A stretch of 62,079 nt of DNA, counting the filler, from Deltaproteobacteria bacterium (GTDB lineage: Bacteria; JAEEML01): assembly GCA_016283195.1 (NCBI GenBank). It is 5 parts of 5 records of this genome, joined end to end, with 100 filler letters (N's around TTAATTAATTAA, not from the genome) between each part and the next. Parts side by side here need not be neighbours in the genome. Positions count along the whole stretch, not along the records: positions 54,204 to 62,079 come from JAEEML010000141.1; 4 more parts are not named here. The stretch is one strand, 5' to 3'. Positions 57,529 through 62,079 of this stretch are shown here, piece after piece. The notes beneath the pieces were generated by a model. The model was not told where the DNA came from, did not search any database, and worked only from the letters and a program-made list of their open reading frames with translations. Position numbers and translations under genes: made by a program. How positions within the stretch are numbered: position 1 is the stretch's first letter; the number at the start of each line of letters is the position of its first letter.

Positions 57529-59382
57529 CTAGTGAGACCCCGCTAAATAATCTAAAATCTCTTCCACCAGCTCTTTGGGGCTTTTGCCCAGTGTATCAAG
57601 CACTAATTCCGGGGCGAGCGGCTCCTCATACGGCGCAGAAACGCCTGTAAATTCAGCAATTTCTCCGGAAATGCCCTTTTTATAAAGCCCTTTGGGGTCG
57701 CGCTTTTGACATTCATGGAGCGGCGTATTCACATAAGCTTCGATAAAGCGCTCCGGCCCAATTATGCGCCTAGCCAGCTCGCGCCCGGCTCTCATGGGCG
57801 AAATAAGGGCACAAATAGCCAGCACTCCAGCCGAATTGAGTAGGCGCGCCACCTCAGCCACGCGGCGGATATTCTCCAGCCGATCCGCCTCGCTAAAGCC
57901 AAGACCTGCCGAAATGCCCTTTCTTATTACATCGCCGTCCAGCACTGTGGCGGCCAGCTGATATTCACTTAAAATTTCCATAAGAGCCGCCGCTATAGTG
58001 GATTTTCCCGCCCCGCTCAGGCCGGTGAGCCAAATAGTTTTAGCCTTTTGGAGCGTTTTAGCACCGGTGGCAAAGCGGCGCTCGCCACTTTCTGCCGGCG
58101 CTGCGGCTAATTTTTCAGCCCCATCTTCGGCCATTCCCGCTGTATTACGAGCCAAAACCATACAAGCGGCCACTGTGGCATTAGTATCTGGATCAATCAG
58201 AATAAGGTGGCCGGTGACTCTATTTTGTTCATAAGAATCCACAGGCAGCGGCTTATAGAGAGTAAGGCCGAGGCGCCCAATATCATTTAAATTTAAAGCT
58301 GAAGTCGCCCGGCGATGCAGCGTATCAGGGTCAATATTATAATATATTTTATCTACTCGGCCACGCACCTCGGCACTCAAATGGCGCACATAGTAGCTCT
58401 TGGTAAGTTCCAGCGGCTTTTCGCCAAGCCAAACCACCATAAGATCAAGTTTTTCTAATAATTGCGGCTGATTATCCGGGCGCACCAGCATAGCACCGCG
58501 CCCCACATCGAGCTCATCATTAAGCTCAATAGCCACATTTTGCGGAGCAAAAGCATAAGCTGGCCGTTCATTATAAGTAGTTATAGATTTTATACTGCTC
58601 TTTTGCTTTGAAGGCAGAGCCAGTACCTCATCACCAACACGCAAAACGCCGGAAAGCACCCGCCCGGCATAACCGCGAAAATCGGGAGCACAGCGCAAAG
58701 TGAGCTCAATATCAAAACGCATATCGCGCAGATTTCTATCGGCCTCAATATAAACATTTTCTAAATAATTTAGGACAGATTGCCCGCGATACCAAGGCAT
58801 ATTGTCACTTTTAACCGCCACATTATCACCCTTTAGGGCACTAATGGGGATAAAAGTCACATCAGCAAAATTAAGGCGCAGAGCAAAATTATTAAACTCT
58901 TCTTTCAGCTCGTTAAAGCGCTCCTCGCTGTAATTCACCAAATCCATTTTGTTGATGGCCAAAAGCAAATGGCGAATTTCCAGAAGAGAAGCAATAAAAG
59001 CATGGCGCCTGGTTTGGGTGGTAAGGCCGTTTTGGGCATCCAGCAACAAAAGAGCCACCTGCGCGGTGCTGGCTCCCGTCACCATATTACGCGTGTATTC
59101 CACATGGCCCGGCGCATCGGCTATAATAAAGCGCCGTTTTTTAGTCATAAAATGACGATAGGCCACATCAATGGTAATGCCCTGCTCGCGCTCGGCTTTA
59201 AGGCCATCGGTGACCATAGCCAGGTCGATACCTTCCTTGTTAAGAGCGCCCTTTTTACTGAGAGCCTCCAACTGATCAAGATAAATCGAGCCGGTATCAT
59301 ACAAAAGCCGACCAATAAGTGTAGATTTGCCGTCATCAACACTGCCGGTAGTTACGAGGCGCAGTAAATCCATCTTACTCAC
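57529..59382 (-). CDS. cysNC: Bifunctional sulfate adenylyltransferase large subunit / APS kinase (CysN-CysC)
   Basis: GSVDDGKSTLIGRLL, EREQGITIDVAYR, DAPGH, NKMD; C-terminal TGLSGAGKST, LDGD, RDPKGLY. Confidence 0.93.
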   Translation of the reverse strand: MSKMDLLRLVTTGSVDDGKSTLIGRLLYDTGSIYLDQLEALSKKGALNKEGIDLAMVTDGLKAEREQGITIDVAYRHFMTKKRRFIIADAPGHVEYTRNMVTGASTAQVALLLLDAQNGLTTQTRRHAFIASLLEIRHLLLAINKMDLVNYSEERFNELKEEFNNFALRLNFADVTFIPISALKGDNVAVKSDNMPWYRGQSVLNYLENVYIEADRNLRDMRFDIELTLRCAPDFRGYAGRVLSGVLRVGDEVLALPSKQKSSIKSITTYNERPAYAFAPQNVAIELNDELDVGRGAMLVRPDNQPQLLEKLDLMVVWLGEKPLELTKSYYVRHLSAEVRGRVDKIYYNIDPDTLHRRATSALNLNDIGRLGLTLYKPLPVDSYEQNRVTGHLILIDPDTNATVAACMVLARNTAGMAEDGAEKLAAAPAESGERRFATGAKTLQKAKTIWLTGLSGAGKSTIAAALMEILSEYQLAATVLDGDVIRKGISAGLGFSEADRLENIRRVAEVARLLNSAGVLAICALISPMRAGRELARRIIGPERFIEAYVNTPLHECQKRDPKGLYKKGISGEIAEFTGVSAPYEEPLAPELVLDTLGKSPKELVEEILDYLAGSH

Positions 59383-59458
59383 TAGCCGCAGCCTCCGCTT
59401 TTTTTATTAGAAAGGTATTTATTTAGTCTTGACGGTTAAATCCGCAGGAAAAAAGGGG

Positions 59459-60232
59459 TTATTCGCAATCTTCAGAGAAGCAAGCGCAGTACTGATCTTC
59501 GTCATCATCCGTCCAATCGCTATCTTCGCTATCTGCTTTTTCCCAAATAGCGAAGCAATCCACATAAGTAGCATAAGTAGTGGAAATATTAAGGCTATCA
59601 ATGGAAATTGGCGCATTGGCTGAGGTATATTCGCAAGTTTCTTCATCGCATTCATAGCCTTTAAAAGTAACATTTTTAAGCTCAGCAGCAAAATTCTTGT
59701 TTTGGGCTTTGCTGATAGAAATCTTGCCGCCGTTGCTCAAATACTGCTCACCCTTGTTCTTGCTTTGAAATTTGTCGTAAAGCACATAATCATCGTCATT
59801 GGCATCATTGAGGAAGGTTACATCGCCGCTAAGATTCGGTTCGCAAACATAAATACTCAACATACTATATGGATAGCTCTCAACTTCGCCGTTTTTTACA
59901 CCTACATCAAGATATAGGGCATCAAGACAGTATTCATCAGGAGCTTCGGCACCAACATAAGCCAAAATATAAGCATCGGAATATTTTATTTTAAAAACAT
60001 CATTGCTGGTAGATGGTGTGGCATCAGTATTCTGCGACTGATTGCCATTATCATCGTCACCGGTATTGGTGTTAGTATTGGTATTGGTATTAGTGCCGGT
60101 ATTGGTATTAGTGCCGGAACTGGGTTTGCTTTTTCCGCTGGTGCCGTTATTATCACCATCAACAGTACAAGCCGCTAGGGAGAAGCATAGTGAGATGGTA
60201 GCTAACATTCCATATTTACAGAGTTTTTTCAT
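59459..60232 (-). CDS. Hypothetical acidic lipoprotein with Thr-Asn linker
   Basis: LAAC lipobox; GTNTNTGTNTNTNTNTNTG repeat; AGGAG RBS. Confidence 0.75.
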   Translation of the reverse strand: MKKLCKYGMLATISLCFSLAACTVDGDNNGTSGKSKPSSGTNTNTGTNTNTNTNTNTGDDDNGNQSQNTDATPSTSNDVFKIKYSDAYILAYVGAEAPDEYCLDALYLDVGVKNGEVESYPYSMLSIYVCEPNLSGDVTFLNDANDDDYVLYDKFQSKNKGEQYLSNGGKISISKAQNKNFAAELKNVTFKGYECDEETCEYTSANAPISIDSLNISTTYATYVDCFAIWEKADSEDSDWTDDDEDQYCACFSEDCE

Positions 60233-60311
60233 GGCATTTTCTCCTCTTTCTGTTGGCACAGTGCCAACTTTTTTTTAATACTACACCTGCAAGCTAATAA
60301 CAACAGGCAAA

Positions 60312-61076
60312 TTATTTTTGCACATTTACCGCCATTTGCAAAGCCGAAGCACAGGCATAGGCATCAAGAGCATCGGTTACCGCATCGCAATTGCGCACAT
60401 ATACTTCTTCTTTGGTATTAGCCACAATATTCAGGTGCTTAATCTTTATTTCGCTCCCGCCTTCCACAAATGGCGCGGCAATAGGTTTGGTATGAAATTC
60501 GTCTCTGGCACTATATTTATATTCAAATTCTTTTAATACCAGGTTGTTAGCCACAGCACACAGCTGACCGTCACTAAACTCATTAATGGTTATCGTGCCG
60601 CTCACGGCCATGTGCTGCTTACCATAGCCGGTAGCGCTCATGCCGGTAGCCACCACCAGGCATTTGGTGCAGGTCATATTATTGCGCTCAGCCTCAGTGT
60701 CACCCAAAGTAATGGTACCTAAAGTAAAGGGATAAGAGGAACCGTAATAAGTGTCCATCCAAAAATCCAGGCCGTTATAATGAGCATCGGCAGGCACTGC
60801 ATAGCCTTCTTCATCGAGGCTGAATGTGGTGTCGTAACCTTTTATTCCCCAATAAGCCGCTTTATTAGCCGCACTATCGTAATATTCGGCCTGCACAGTT
60901 TTTATGGAAAACGGCGCATCATCGGGCTCTACACCGCACTGCGCCCGCCCTTTGTCAACCTGCGTTTCGGAATTGGCGGGCTCTTGCTGCCCCTCAGGCT
61001 TACCGCAAGAAGTCAAAAACAGTACCAAGCTAAAACAAACTAAGGAAGATATTTTAAACATTTTTTTCTCCATCAC
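60312..61076 (-). CDS. Hypothetical lipoprotein
   Basis: LTSC lipobox; CTKC motif; SGTITI strand motif. Confidence 0.75.
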   Translation of the reverse strand: MMEKKMFKISSLVCFSLVLFLTSCGKPEGQQEPANSETQVDKGRAQCGVEPDDAPFSIKTVQAEYYDSAANKAAYWGIKGYDTTFSLDEEGYAVPADAHYNGLDFWMDTYYGSSYPFTLGTITLGDTEAERNNMTCTKCLVVATGMSATGYGKQHMAVSGTITINEFSDGQLCAVANNLVLKEFEYKYSARDEFHTKPIAAPFVEGGSEIKIKHLNIVANTKEEVYVRNCDAVTDALDAYACASALQMAVNVQK

Positions 61077-61231
61077 TGCGGCCGAAAAAAAGCGGCCAAG
61101 ATTTTTTCATTCTAGCCACTTTTTTACTTCTTGGCCAATGCTTTTAACTCTTAAGCCGGCTGAGCGAAAAATTTGCCAACTTTCCACCCAAGGGCCCATA
61201 ATCCACCAGCCGTGACGGCCGGAGGGTTAAT

Positions 61232-61531
61232 ATGAAAGTTTTTAAATTAATAATTACTCTTGCTCTTCTTGCAGGGCTTATTTATCTTGCCGGTACCACT
61301 GAGTTTAAAGGTAAAACAGTGGCAAAGCATATCTCGGACTATTGGCATGGCAGCCCGGTGGAAAAAACGGTAAATAAAGCCGGCAAAGAGATAAAAGACG
61401 ATTTGGATAAACGGGTGGAAGCGGTAAAGCCCAAAAAGGTTAAAATTAATGAAAAAGCTGGCGAAATTGAGGATTACACCGAGGAAGAGCAAAAGCTCAT
61501 TACCGACGCAATCAAAAAGCATCTCAAATAA
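61232..61531 (+). CDS. Small membrane-anchored hypothetical protein
   Basis: GGAGG RBS; N-terminal hydrophobic helix. Confidence 0.7.
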   Translation: MKVFKLIITLALLAGLIYLAGTTEFKGKTVAKHISDYWHGSPVEKTVNKAGKEIKDDLDKRVEAVKPKKVKINEKAGEIEDYTEEEQKLITDAIKKHLK

Positions 61532-61570
61532 ATCCGTAAAATTAAATGCCATGCGCCATGGAGCTATGCC

Positions 61571-62079
61571 ATGTTGCAGGTAAAAGATCTCTCTCTCTCT
61601 TTTGGTGAAAGAGCCATCATTAAAAATGCCTCGCTCACTATCGGCCCCAGTGATCGCCTGGGCCTCGTAGGCCCTAACGGCTGCGGCAAAACCACCTTTT
61701 TGCGCCTCATTTCCCAAACAGTTGAGCGCGACGACGGCACCATTATTATCTCTAAAGAGAGTACCATCGGCTATTTGCCGCAAGACGGCCTCTCTTTTGC
61801 CGATGGTCAATTAAAAGAGTGTGTAAAAAGCGTCCGAAGCGATCTGGTGGAACTATCAGCCACTATTGAAGATTTATTAAAAAAGCTGGAAAGTGGCAGT
61901 CACAGCAATGCCGAGCCCCTAAGCGAGCGTCTTTTGGAAGCCAAAGAGCGCTTTAACCTCCTTGGCGGCCACAAGTGGGACGGCGAAGCGGCGCGGATTT
62001 TGCGCGGTCTCGGTTTTTCGCCAAGCGATTTCAACCGCCCCTGCCGCGAGTTTTCCGGCGGCTGGCAGATGCGTATTGC
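61571..62079 (+). CDS. ABC-F family ATP-binding protein (runs off the window)
   Basis: MLQVKDLSLSFG, GPNGCGKTT, IGYLPQ, LRGLGF, FSGGWQMR. Confidence 0.9.
   Translation, partial: MLQVKDLSLSFGERAIIKNASLTIGPSDRLGLVGPNGCGKTTFLRLISQTVERDDGTIIISKESTIGYLPQDGLSFADGQLKECVKSVRSDLVELSATIEDLLKKLESGSHSNAEPLSERLLEAKERFNLLGGHKWDGEAARILRGLGFSPSDFNRPCREFSGGWQMRI

Overview
Pseudo-scaffold of five contigs joined by artificial 100-nt N/TTAATTAATTAA linkers (22941-23040, 39592-39691, 48349-48448, 54104-54203), so gene order across gaps carries no information. Core genes look Myxococcota/deltaproteobacterial: AMIN-domain PilQ, myxobacterial-type PilZ, MYXO-CTERM and Cys-rich surface proteins, the lptB-rpoN-hprK-rapZ-PTS operon and a stand-alone EF-G. 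Accessory genes resemble those of gut or rumen anaerobes (AAA/DUF4143 ATPase, FISUMP lipoprotein, LysR/hydrolase, TetR, PIN toxin-antitoxin, DUF262/DUF1524 nuclease). No rRNA, tRNA, CRISPR array, integrase or transposase was recognised. The main unexplained signals are non-coding: (i) three short direct-repeat arrays with different sequences but the same exact 33-bp period, located upstream of an AAA/DUF4143 ATPase gene, a remnant of one, and an orphan RBS; (ii) a dispersed hairpin repeat family of about 8 copies with compensatory base changes, oriented with the upstream gene; (iii) a DUF2946-like leader ending in APKHSPP plus an mRNA-strand hairpin heading a metal-uptake operon. All calls come from reading motifs by eye; no database search was run.
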